A stretch of DNA of 64,000 nt, from the NCBI GenBank assembly GCA_010909165.1, contig VJWM01000068.1, positions 992,001 to 1,056,000 on the forward strand. Direction: 5' to 3'. Of the stretch, positions 48,249-60,702 are shown one piece after another (the first letter of the stretch is position 1; every line of letters starts with the position of its first letter). Origin of the DNA: Anthoceros angustus. Taxonomy: Eukaryota > Plantae > Anthocerotophyta. The notes beneath the pieces are model-generated. The model did not search any database. It worked only from the letters and a program-made list of their open reading frames with translations, and had not been told where the DNA came from. The position numbers and the translations under genes are program-made.

Positions 48249-51200
48249 TTACAAAGCTTCCTCAGCTGGAAAGTTTTGGCGAGACGCCGGGCCCTGTCAT
48301 ATTCATTCAGGACCACCAGAATCCGCCCACACGCCGAGCTAGTCCAAGCATCTTCTGAGCTTGCTCCGCTGTCCTTTTTCTTCTCCACTGATCTCGCAAG
48401 AGTCATCACATACTCTTTGAAAGCATCGAGCTTTGGACTGTCCAAAAAAAAACAGGCAACAGATCTCAGAATCTAGTACGCATATTCCTGCGACAAAACA
48501 GCACTGTCCAACCACGCCAGAAACAAAACATCTAGCAGAAAGCTTTTAACACGGCCAAATGAAACGAAGCTGATTTCTTTCGACATGAGACTGTGCAACC
48601 TCCGCTCGCCCACAGAGTTAGCCCCAGCCACACACCCATCAAAGCAGCAACCACTCGTTCTGTTCTGGTGATCGCATCGTAAAGGGTTGGAAGTACATAA
48701 ATGGGGCAACATCTTTGCCGATAATAGTTCTTCAAGTGGCTGTTCCAACAATGGCATTGCCAGAACACCTTTCCACAAGGCTATGCTGCGGGAGTCGAAC
48801 ACCAGTGCGAATCTATGTGCAGCCAGGCGTCCTCTGCCTGCGCTAACTGCGTAGTTACATTCAGAGGCCAGAATGGTACCTGGAGAATCATTGTTCACTT
48901 AGTTAAACAACATCAAGGAAAACAAGGCAACATCAAAGCTAATGGACTGAACAGGAGTCCCACAGACTCACCTCAAGAGCTGCGACAGAACCTGCACAGT
49001 GTGTCCTTACAGCTGCCAACAGGTCCTGCAAGGCCTCGCTTGATGCCTCCACATATATCAGAATCTCCTTCACAGCCGCGACAGCACGCCTGTTCCTTCC
49101 TTGCTCAGACTATCCCAGCAATAAATGGTATGCCGAAGACTGGTAATGCAACTTTTCTACCAGATTTGGGATCAAGTTGCTGTCAGCATCAGCATCATCC
49201 ATCTCGCTGTTGGATGGCATTCCATAATCAAATAAGAGTCTGTACCTACATTTGGCCAAGATCAGCTTGATCAGCTAGGCAGACTAAGAAACTTAGACAA
49301 ACATGGACCATCCTCCTGCAGAAGGCTGAAGAGACATGTTTCAAATACATGCACCAGGCTAACGAGAAAGCAATGCAGGGCAAATAAATCATTACCATAG
49401 CATGCTCAAATCTGGCATCTCCATAAAGAGGGTCCCATTTAAGCAGTTCCAACCGGACAAATGGGAGAAAATGGCAGGGCACTGAGCTGAATGTAAGAAT
49501 CCCGATATGCAGTTGGATACTGGCGCTTCCAACCTTCCAGTTTCTGCTTCACTCTGACCAGCTGTGAGAAATCCTCAGCTGCATCTCCAAAAACCCTCTC
49601 AGCTGTTTGCAGTACCTCCTGACAACCAGATATATAAGCTTTCTGTTCGCTATCACTTTCGTCGCTGCTTGATTCACCTTCAACACTGAAGTTACTGGAT
49701 GCTTCCCCATTTGCCATGGTCACCCGGGCTGACCTGTTTGAAGCAATCCGACTTTTCCTGCGCTCCCTTGCTTGCGCACGTTTTTTGGCCTCCATTCGTT
49801 TCTGGAGATTTACATCACGCCCAAACTCATCCAGCTGTGGCATTGAAAACTGAGCATCCAAAGCAGATGCTGCAGCGGCAGCAGCGGGCGGGCAGCGACT
49901 GCAGTGCCTGCACCCCTACTGATGGCAGCTTTTGCTTACTGCTACTGCTGCTCAACCTCCATCATCTCCTCTGCATTATCAGCAGATCGTCTTTCAGTCA
50001 TTGCATTGGCACGATCCTCATGTAACTTTTGCATGTGTTCTTCCAGCTCCTCAATCAAAGGACCCTTATCCTGCCAGATACAAACAAAATTGAGGGTTGG
50101 AACCTTTGACATACCCTTGCAAGTGGACGTGGCAGAAAAACGAGTTTACTAGTAGCAAATGCAAGAATTAGTGGAAAGTTACCTGGAGAAAGTCACACAA
50201 TGCTGAGACATAATCACGTAGCTCTTGCATGTAGAGATACTTGTCTCCTGCCGCTGTCAGTGCCTTGTCCAAAGTGCTTACAGCAAGTATAGAACTGTTA
50301 AGGTTCTCCTCCGTTCTGGAAAGGTCTGCCTTAGTCCTCCCATGACTCTCCTGCCACAGAAGGAGTGACCACCCATCAGATATTTCAGCAGAGGTAGCTC
50401 CACCACTGACGCCTAATGATGAAAATCCATCCACCGCCTTCACACCAACTCCTACTCCTGAAGAGAGCTCTAGCATGGCGTAGACTCTGGTGTCTCTGCA
50501 GCTAATGATATCAAAGCTAAAAAGAAAAATCACCATACCGCATTCTCTGCAGACCTCTCTTAGAGCCTGTAATGTAGATTCCGCTTGCTGAGCAGCAGTG
50601 AGGGCTTCTATACCTCTGCCCCAAAACCCCAAACTGCACTACCGAGGCCTGAGGAGACAGTCCCGGGAGGAAAGCGGTGCTCTGAGCAGCAGGAACTGGC
50701 CCCAGTAACAGCTGTCCCTCTAACCGCAGCTTCATCTACCCTCTTCCCAACCCCTTCCTAAGCTGTTCCTCTTCCCACCTCCTCTCCTCGTCTTCCTCAT
50801 CTTCGTCTCTATGCTCTGTTGCCAAGCCATCTGCCCTGTCATCCACAGATTCAAAACTCCTCCCTCTTCTTGTGCTTGTTTGGTTTCTCCCAAGAATGCC
50901 ATTCTGCCCCTAACTTCACCTTCGTCCTCACTTGAGGCAGCGTCATCTTTATCCAGGTCATCATCTCGTTCCTCACAAGGCCTGACTCTCGCAGCTTGCC
51001 TCTAGAGTGCACGGTGTCTCCTGACCCCAGACTGATATAATCAGGAGCAGACTGGGCCAGCCTGAGTTTCTCCTTTTAGCTTTAGCTGCAGCAATGGCTG
51101 CAGCATCTGGTATATGGGTAATCCCACCTCCATCTGCCCCTGGTCCAATCCCCATCAACTCCAGCTGACTTTCTGCATCATCCCTGTCCAGCCTCAACCT

Positions 51201-51849
51201 GGCAAGGTCATCCCTGCTCCCAGCTCTGTCTTCTCGGCCACCCAGGTCAAAGAGCTTCTCCTCCTGGCCCAGAGACTCAGGAACAGCCCCATTCAGCAGC
51301 TTCACCAAACCCTTGAGCACCAGGACAGGCTCGGAGGAGCACTATCAGCTACTGATTTGGGCCCCCAGCCGCAACGTGTTCCGTTCCAGCTCCAGCAGCT
51401 TCTCTTTGTGTACTCCCCAGCCTGAGGCTGCACATTAGAAGGAGTAGAGCTGAGCCCCAGCAGCTTCTCCTTCCCAAGCTTGTGGCCTGACCCATGCCTG
51501 TGCCGAACGATGACTTCTTCTTCGATTTCGACGCAACCACAGGTTCAGTATCCCGCTCATCAGCATCAAAACTAAGGAGACTGGTGCCTGCAGCTCTCCC
51601 ACCCTTCCCCTTCTGCTTCTCCTTCTTGCCACCCAGCTTCCTACTGCTACTCCCATCAGCATCATCCTCATCTCCAGCAAAGCTCAAGAGCTTGTTGACG
51701 GGAGGCTTCCTACAGCTCTATCCTTGCCCTGCTCTTTCCTCCCCAGCCTTGCCCGTTTTCTCCACAGGCTTCGCCCCGGATTTCTCATTCTCGTCATTGT
51801 CCCCATCATCCTCATCTGCCCTCTTCCGCCACTTCTTCGTCTTCATCAT
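48249..51849 (-). CDS. ILP1: ILP1 / GCFC2-PAXBP1 (NTR2-like spliceosome disassembly factor), only full-length copy, many indels
   Basis: N-terminus MMKTKKWRKRADEDD...KLLSFAGDEDD...QPQAGEYTKEKLLELERNT...IPDAAAIAAAKAKREKLR...EEEQLRKG, followed by the GCFC domain exons. Confidence 0.9.
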
Positions 51850-52849
51850 TTTCGCCACGTGAGATCGCCCACCCGAAAGTGGGCACCAACTCCACTCAAT
51901 TGTCTGCCAAGAGCCCCGGCAGACCTGGCCATACCACGCTCCACACGCCCCACTGGAGACTGCGCAAAACTCTTGCGCAGCTTAGGTTAAAACTCCAAGG
52001 CGCCTCCGGCTCACCTATACCAACATGCAAAATCCGATGCAGCGCCATCAGCGCGCTCCTAATAAGCCAAGCCCGTCTCCATACCTATCCCTCCACTGCT
52101 AACATTGACCGCTAGATCCTCTCTCTCTCGCTGCAGCTTCGCTGACAGCAACTGTGTGTGGAGGTGCACAAGAAACCAGCCCACCACGAGAGGAGGGGAA
52201 AGAAGGGCAGCGTTGTCATGTGCTGTGTTCATGCATTGCTAGAAACAGGACAAGGGCGCAGCAGGAAGTCTTCCACAACACTCGCAAACATTTGTCTCCC
52301 TCGGCGTATGTTTACGAACTGGACGGGAGGGTATGGTGATGGCGCCAGTTCTTTGATTACATCTCTGCTAAATTCGCACCAAACCTCTATTTACAGCTCA
52401 CTTGCTCATGCTAGTCTCAGGCTTACTTGCTTGCTCTCATCTTGTGCCGTCTGGTGAGCAACATGAGAAGCCCATTGTGTTCGAGGAGGGATGCATTTCC
52501 ACAGAAAAGCGAAACTCTCAGGGCAGGGGGGCGGAGACCTCTCGTCGAGAAACGAGATGAAATGGAGTTGCTGCAAACAGGACAGATGAATCCAGAACCT
52601 TGGTGAGCGTGGAGTGCTGCTGGGCACGTTCCTTGCTGTGTATGCCACAGCTCACAAAGCTTCCGATGCTGCAGAAGCTTAGGCCAAATGGACACACATT
52701 TATAAGACCACCGTTGTTAAGCATCCTGCGCTTAGATCGGTACTTACGTGGGGTGCCTAGAGGGGTGGATGCCGCAAGTAGCTAAGGCACACCATGGTAC
52801 AAGTTGCCAAGTCCCATGACAGTCCAAGTGGACTAAATCAGACTTCTCT

Positions 52850-52872
52850 CTTCTTCTTCTTCTTCTTCTTCT
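52850..52872. repeat. (CTT)n microsatellite upstream of the EF-hand gene; echoes at ~55926, ~57792 and ~60494
   Basis: Direct CTT run; length and purity differ between echoes. Confidence 0.85.
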
Positions 52873-53014
52873 TTCGGAACTACATATGTGACTATAGGTT
52901 GAACGAGCAGCAAAGCTGTTATGAATCATACATAGGTACATATATAGCTGCTAAATCATGGGATCCAAACAGAATGTGAAGGTGCAAATGCGGTTTTCAG
53001 ATCGGCGAGATTTG

Positions 53015-54927
53015 ACCTCCATCATCTCCTCTGCATTATCAGCAGATCGTCTTTCAGTCATTGCATTGGCACGATCCTCATGTAACTTTTGCATGTGTTC
53101 TTCCAGCTCCTCAATCAAAGGACCCTTATCCTGCCAGATACAAACAAAATTGAGGGTTGGAACCTTTGACATACCCTTGCAAGTGGACGTGGCAGAAAAA
53201 ACGAGTTTACTAGTAGCAAATGCAAGGAATTAGTGGAAAGTTACCTGGAGAAAGTCACACAATGCTGAGACATAATCACGTAGCTCTTGCATGTAGAGAT
53301 ACTTGTCTCCTGCCGCTGTCAGTGCCTTGTCCAAAGTGCTTACAGCAAGTATAGAACTGTTAAGGTTCTCCTCCGTTCTGGAAAGGTCTGCCTTAGTCCT
53401 CCCATGACTCTCCTGCCACAGAAGGAGTGACCACCCATCAGATATTTCAGCAGAGGTAGCTCCACCACTGACGCCTAATGATGAAAATCCATCCACCGTC
53501 TTCACACCAACTCCTACTCCTGAAGAGAGCTCTAGCATGGCGTAGACTCTGGTGTCTCTGCAGCTAATGATATCAAAGCTAAAAAAGAAAAAATCACCAT
53601 ACCCGCATTCTCTGCAGACCCTCTCTTAGAGCCTGTAATGTAGATTCCGCTTGCTGAGCAGCAGTGAGGGCTTCTATACCTCTGCCCCCAAAACCCCAAA
53701 CTGCACTACCGAGGCCTGAGGAGACAGTCCCCGGGAGGAAAGCGGTGCTCTGAGCAGCAGGAACTGGCCCCCCAGTAACAGCTGTCCCTCTAACCGCAGC
53801 TTCATCTACCCTCTTCCCAACCCCCTTCCTAAGCTGTTCCTCTTCCCACCTCCTCTCCTCGTCTTCCTCATCTTCGTCTCTATGCTCTGTTGCCAAGCCA
53901 TCTGCCCTGTCATCCACAGATTCAAAAACTCCTCCCCTCTTCTTGTGCTTGTTTGGTTTTTCTCCCAAGAATGCCATTCTGCCCCTAACTTCACCTTCGT
54001 CCTCACTTGAGGCAGCGTCATCTTTATCCAGGTCATCATCTCGTTCCCTCACAAGGCCCGACTCTCGCAGCTTGCCTCTAGAGTGCACGGTGTCTCCTGA
54101 CCCCAGACTGATATAATCAGGAGCAGACTGGGCCAGCCTGAGTTTCTCCCTTTTAGCTTTAGCTGCAGCAATGGCTGCAGCATCTGGTATATGGGTAATC
54201 CCACCTCCATCTGCCCCTGGTCCAATCCCCATCAACTCCAGCCGACTTTCTGCATCATCCCTGTCCAGCCTCAACCTGGCAAGGTCATCCCTGCTCCCAG
54301 CTCTGTCTTCTCGGCCACCCAGGTCAAAGAGCTTCTCCTCCTGGCCCAGAGACTCAGGAACAGCCCCATTCAGCGGCTTCACCAAACCCTTGAGCACCAG
54401 GACAGGCTCGGAGGGAGCACTATCAGCTACTGATTTGGGCCCCCCCAGCCGCAACGTGTTCCGTTCCAGCTCCAGCAGCTTCTCTTTTGTGTACTCCCCA
54501 GCCTGAGGCTGCACATTAGAAGGAGTAGAGCTGAGCCCCAGCAGCTTCTCCTTCCCAAGCTTGTGGCCTGACCCATGCCCTGTGCCGAACGATGACTTCT
54601 TCTTCGATTTCGACGCAACCACAGGTTCAGTATCCCGCTCATCAGCATCAAAACTAAGGAGACTGGTGCCTGCAGCTCTCCCACCCTTCCCCTTCTGCTT
54701 CTCCTTCTTGCCACCCAGCTTCCTACTGCTACTCCCATCAGCATCATCCTCATCTCCAGCAAAGCTCAAGAGCTTGTTGACGGGAGGCTTCAGCTCTATC
54801 CTTGCCCTGCTCTTTCCTCCCCGGCCTTGCCCGTTTTCTCCACAGGCTTCGCCCCGGATTTCTCATTCTCGTCATTGTCCCCATCATCCTCATCTGCCCT
54901 CTTCCGCCACTTCTTCGTCTTCATCAT
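53015..54927 (-). pseudogene. ILP1: 5' half of ILP1 (duplicate; cleanest copy of exon 1); a shorter 5' fragment lies at 56416-56804
   Basis: ORF 53594-54769 (391 aa). Confidence 0.85.
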
Positions 54928-57792
54928 TTTCGCCACGTGAGATCGCCCACCCGAAAGTGGGCACCAACTCCACTCAATTGTCTGCCAAGAGCCCCGGCAG
55001 ACCTGGCCATACCACGCTCCACACGCCCCACTGGAGACTGCGCAAAACTCTTGCGCAGCTTAGGTTAAAACTCCAAGGCGCCTCCGGCTCACCTATACCA
55101 ACATGCAAAATCCGATGCAGCGCCATCAGCGCGCTCCTAATAAGCCAAGCCCGTCTCCATACCTATCCCTCCACTGCTAACATTGACCGCTAGATCCTCT
55201 CTCTCTCGCTGCAGCTTCGCTGACAGCAACTGTGTGTGGAGGTGCACAAGAAACCAGCCCACCACGAGAGGAGGGGAAAGAAGGGCAGCGTTGTCATGTG
55301 CTGTGTTCATGCATTGCTAGAAACAGGACAAGGGCGCAGCAGGAAGTCTTCCACAACACTCGCAAACATTTGTCTCCCTCGGCGTATGTTTACGAACTGG
55401 ACGGGAGGGTATGGTGATGGCTGGTTCTTTGATTACATCTCTCTGCTAAATTCGCACCAAACCTCTATTTACAGCTCACTTGCTCATGCTAGTCTCAGGC
55501 TTACTTGCTTGCTCTCATCTTGTGCCGTCTGGTGAGCAACATGAGGAAGCCCATTGTGTTCGAGGAGGGATGCATTTCCACAGAAAAGCGAAACTCTCAG
55601 GGCAGGGGCGGAGACCTCTCGTCGAGAAACGAGATGAAATGGAGTTGCTGCAAACAGGACAGATGAATCCAGAACCTTGGTGAGCGTGGAGTGCTGCTGG
55701 GCACGTTCCTTGCTGTGTATGCCACAGCTCACAAAGCTTCCGATGCTGCAGAAGCTTAGGCCAAATGGACACATGGACACAAGACCACCGTTGTTAAGCA
55801 TCCTGCGCTTAGATCGGTACTTACGTGGGGTGCCTAGAGGGGTGGATGCCGCAAGTAGCTAAGGCACACCATGGTACAAGTTGCCAAGTCCCATGACAGT
55901 CCAAGTGGACTAAATCAGACTTCTCTCTTCTTCTTCTTTTTCTTCTTCCTCTTCTTCTTTCGGAACTACATATGTGACTATAGGTTGAACGAGCAGCAAA
56001 GCTGTTATGAATCATACATAGGTACATATATAGCTGCTAAATCATGGGATCCAAACAGAATGTGAAGGTGCAAATGCGGTTTTCAGATCGGCGAGATTTG
56101 AGCATGTGTGTTCTTGACAGCAGACGGTGAGAGCGTCATGGCAGAGGGGTATTCTCTGCTAGATGGGTCCCAGATCCGCAAGGCACTGCCAGACCTCCAG
56201 ACGAGAGCATCCAAGAAGTTTGCGGAGCTGACAGTGGAGGGCAAGGGAGTGCTCACTGGGGATCAGGCACGGGCTGCGGCCGAGGCAGAAGCTGCAGCGC
56301 TGCTGGGAGCGCAGCTGTCCACCCAGCGCCTCGAGAAGGCCTTTCGGGGATCACAACACCTGGGGATGAATTGGACGAGGAAGCATTTGGGGCCACCGTG
56401 GAGAAGTATGTGCAGTTCTCCTTCCCAAGCTTGTGGCCTGACCCATGCCCTGTGCCGAACGATGACTTCTTCTTCGATTTCGACGCAACCACAGGTTCAG
56501 TATCCCGCTCATCAGCATCAAAACTAAGGAGACTGGTGCCTGCAGCTCTCCCACCCTTCCCCTTCTGCTTCTCCTTCTTGCCACCCAGCTTCCTACTGCT
56601 ACTCCCATCAGCATCATCCTCATCTCCAGCAAAGCTCAAGAGCTTGTTGACGGGAGGCTTCCCTACAGCTCTATCCTTGCCCTGCTCTTTCCTCCCCCCG
56701 GCCTTGCCCGTTTTCTCCACAGGCTTCGCCCCGGATTTCTCATTCTCGTCATTGTCCCCATCATCCTCATCTGCCCTCTTCCGCCACTTCTTCGTCTTCA
56801 TCATTTTCGCCACGTGAGATCGCCCACCCGAAAGTGGGCACCAACTCCACTCAATTGTCTGCCAAGAGCCCCGCAGACCTGGCCATACGCTCACACGCCC
56901 CACTGGAGACTGCGCAAAACTCTTGCGCAGCTTAGGTTAAGAGCTCCAAGGCGCCTCCGGCTCACCTATACCAACATGCAAAATCCGATGCAGCGCCATC
57001 AGCGCTCTAATAATAAGCCCGTCTCCATACCTATCCCTCCACTGCTAACATTGACCGCTAGATCCTCTCTCTCGCTGCAGCTTCGCTGACAGCAACTGTG
57101 TGTGGAGGTGCACAAGAAACCAGCCCACCACGAGAGGAGGGGAAAGAAGGGCAGCGTTGTCATGTGCTGTGTTCATGCATTGCTAGAAACAGGACAAGGG
57201 CGCAGCAGGAAGTCTTCCACAACACTCGCAAACATTTGTCTCCCTCGGCGTATGTTTACGAACTGGACGGGAGGGTATGGTGATGGCGCCGGTTCTTTGA
57301 TTACATCTCTCTGCTAAATTCGCACCAAACCTCTATTTACAGCTCACTTGCTCATGCTAGTCTCAGGCTTACTTGCTTGCTCTCATCTTGTGCCGTCTGG
57401 TGAGCAACATGAGGAAGCCCATTGTGTTCGAGGAGGGATGCATTTCCACAGAAAAGCGAAACTCTCAGGGCAGGGGGGCGGAGACCTCTCGTCGAGAAAC
57501 GAGATGAAATGGAGTTGCTGCAAACAGGACAGATGAATCCAGAACCTTGGTGAGCGTGGAGTGCTGCTGGGCACGTTCCTTGCTGTGTATGCCACAGCTC
57601 ACAAAGCTTCGATGCTGCAGAAGCTTAGGCCAAATGGACACACATTTATAAGACCACCGTTGTTAAGCATCCTGCGCTTAGATCGGTACTTACGTGGGGT
57701 GCCTAGGGGTGGATGCCGCAAGTAGCTAAGGCACACCATGGTACAAGTTGCCAAGTCCCATGACAGTCCAAGTGGACTAAATCAGACTTCTC

Positions 57793-57824
<32 letters not shown>

Positions 57825-58278
57825 GGAACTACATATGTGACTATAGGTTGAACGAGCAGCAAAGCTGTTATGAATCATACATAGGTACATATATAGCTGC
57901 TAAATCATGGGATCCAAACAGAATGTGAAGGTGCAAATGCGGTTTTCAGATCGGCGAGATTTGAGCATGTGTGTTCTTGACAGCAGACGGTGAGAGCGTC
58001 ATGGCAGAGGGGTATTCTCTGCTAGATGGGTCCCAGATCCGCAAGGCACTGCCAGACCTCCAGACGAGAGCATCCAAGAAGTTTGCGGAGCTGACAGTGG
58101 AGGGCAAGGGAGTGCTCACTGGGGATCAGGCACGGGCTGCGGCCGAGGCAGAAGCTGCAGCGCTGCTGCTGGGGCGCAGCTGTCCACCCAGCGCCTCGAG
58201 AAGGCCTTTCGGGGATCACAACACCTGGGGATGAATTGGACGAGGAAGCATTTGGGGCCACCGTGGAAGTATGTGCAG
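54541..58278 (+). repeat. Direct tandem duplication, junction 56415, period ~1870, microhomology GCAG with 1-bp loss
   Basis: gtatgtGCAG|ttctccttccc; donor reads gcagcttctcc. Confidence 0.95.
56138..56415 (+). pseudogene. 5' fragment of the EF-hand protein gene
   Basis: MAEGYSLLDGSQIR...ATVEKYVQ, cut at junction 56415. Confidence 0.8.
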
Positions 58279-59337
58279 GCCATTGCGGATGCTCTGGAAG
58301 GTACTGCACATCGCTGATCTCTGGCTGGATCTTGTGGAAATGTATAAATGTGTGTTTTACGGCTGGTGGGATGTGTGGACTTTGGAATTGCATGGGTTGA
58401 TGACTTTTCTGTTGATGCTACAGAGGAGCCAGTGGCAGTATCTGTGTTGGATGGGTCTGTCATGAGAGGATTGTTGGAAGATGAGGACGAATTCGCCATG
58501 CTGGCAGAGAATCTCTTCACTGTGCTGGACGCAGATGAGAATGGGAAGCTGAACCGGAGTGAGATCCGACCGCGATTCTCCAGCTGGGAGCTGAGATGGG
58601 GATACCGGCTCCATCAGGTACCAAAATGATTGCTCAGTCATGTGACTGGGGTTTCGAGGGTTTGCTTTTTCTGGATCTGAACGTGCTGCTGAACTTGTTC
58701 TGCAGCGAAGCCTGAGTAGAGTCGCTGTTGACTGATCTTTTCAAGAAGTATGGGACTGGGGGCCGAAGAGCTTGGCCAAACACAGTTTGCAAAGCTGCTT
58801 CAAGAGATGCTGCAAGACCTTGCGGACTCGTTGAAAGCAAAGCCCATTATCGTTGTCCATGACTTTCAAGTGCTAACTGGATCACGGCTGAGAAAGGTAT
58901 CAATGACCCTTCAGGTTCATGGCAGAGACAAATGCGTATTCGTGCCAACAGGGTTTAGGGTCTCTCTGGTTGCATCAAGTCACAGCTCTCATGTGGCAAT
59001 GTTGCAGGTACTGGCAGATGAGAAGTTACTGGAGGAAATGACTGACACCATCTTCAAGGAACTTGATGTTGACAGCAATGGCAAGCTAGACAGAGTGGAG
59101 ATCCGACCTATTTTTGAGAGTAAGGGGATGGACTGGGGCCTTCCTCCTTTGAAGGCAAACGAAACTGTGCTGCAGCTTTATGACAATGTTTTCAACGCTG
59201 TGGATGCGGACAACAGTGGACAAGTAGACCGATCAGAGTTTCAGGTTTTGGTGAAAACAATTTTCGAGCATTTCGCGGACCAGCTTGAAGTGAACCCAAT
59301 TGTTGTCGATACGGAGACTGCGTATCAGCAGGAGTAA
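58001..59337 (+). CDS. Plant calcium-binding EF-hand family protein, multi-exon
   Basis: EF loops DADENGKLNRSE, DVDSNGKLDRVE and DADNSGQVDRSE; family motifs LEDEDEFAMLAENLF and ELGQTQFAKLLQ; GT-AG introns. Confidence 0.85.
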
Positions 59338-60494
59338 TCTCGAAAGCATGAGATGCTTCTTTGTTTCCAGGTCCAGGCAGCTCTCCATTCCTTTTGGAGG
59401 ATTTGGGTACTCACATCAAGAAAGTATTCGCTGACTCGGTCGCAAGCTGTTTGCTAGATGCAGCGGAATATCGTACTCCATATGAGGGCAGGTGAAATGC
59501 TTGGAGTGCGGGCGGTTACCAGGAGTTGATTTTCTTCGTGTGAGCAAGTGCGTTTTGCGGTGGGATTTCACAACAGAGAAGTGATAATGTCTCTAAAGGA
59601 GACGGTTAGCTGTGTCTGCCTACTTTCACCGCTGATTGGTTTTGACCCTTGGATGACTGTCCAGTGTCTTTCCGCAGTGCACAAAGTTAGGCTTCCGTAG
59701 AAGCTTATTACTATCTAGTGAAGGTTCTTGTCCTAGGTGCTGGATGATGCTGTACACGGCTATGCAAGACGAAGGCATGGTTGCACCTCATGCTGTAAAT
59801 TGTTTTGTGCTTCCTGTATGCATGTGCAGTCGCGGCTCCCAGCTCTGAAGCAGGGCAAGCAGCTCCACCGCACAAATTACAGAAGCCGGCCTTGAGGTTG
59901 AAATGCTTTGCAGGAAACTCTCTCGGACTAATGTGTGCAGAATCCGGCACTTGCTAGTAAAATAATTGCAGTGACATGAAGTGCAACGCGAAACACTCAA
60001 GCTTGCCAGATGTAGAGATCGGAAAGATGACAAAGTCCGTAGCATTAGGAGATGTGGGACGGAAGACCAGGTCTGGTTGCTAATCATAAATTAACGAATG
60101 TTCGTAGATAAGCAAGTCGCGCCAAATCCACTTACAACTTGCATTCGAAACAGGAAATGTTCAGCCGAAACGGGGCTTCCGGCTGAGCGTTCATCCAGAA
60201 ACGAGATGAAATGGAGTTGCTGCAAACAGGACAGATGAATCCAGAACCTTGGTGAGCGTGGAGTGCTGCTGGGCACGTTCCTTGCTGTGTATGCCACAGC
60301 TCACAAAGCTTCGATGCTGCAGAAGCTTAGGCCAAATGGACACACATTTATAAGACCACCGTTGTTAAGCATCCTGCGCTTAGATCGGTACTTACGTGGG
60401 GTGCCTAGGGGTGGATGCCGCAAGTAGCTAAGGCACACCATGGTACAAGTTGCCAAGTCCCATGACAGTCCAAGTGGACTAAATCAGACTTCTC

Positions 60495-60526
<32 letters not shown>

Positions 60527-60702
60527 GGAACTACATATGTGACTATAGGTTGAACGAGCAGCAAAGCTGTTATGAATCATACATAGGTACATATATAGCT
60601 GCTAAATCATGGGATCCAAACAGAATGTGAAGGTGCAAATGCGGTTTTCAGATCGGCGAGATTTGAGCATGTGTGTTCTTGACAGCAGACGGTGAGAGCG
60701 TC

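Larger units (their letters stand above)
44340..50619 (+). repeat. Direct tandem duplication, junction 47502, period ~3157, microhomology CTCTGC
   Basis: ctatacCTCTGC|atgttgtg. Confidence 0.95.
49955..56101 (+). repeat. Direct tandem duplication, junction 53015, period ~3060, microhomology A
   Basis: gagatttgA|cctccatcatc. Confidence 0.95.

Noticed and set aside
56253-56903. Novel fusion ORFs across junctions (also 47048-47704, 47481-47960, 56108-56527, 56371-56817, 9687-10460)
   Set aside because: Each is a real gene fragment running into the antisense strand of another gene at a back-jump, with no independent coding signal.
59340-60190. Possible ncRNA or snoRNA cluster downstream of the EF-hand gene
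   Set aside because: Only partial box-like words (ggatga) were found, with no terminal stems or recognisable guide sequences.
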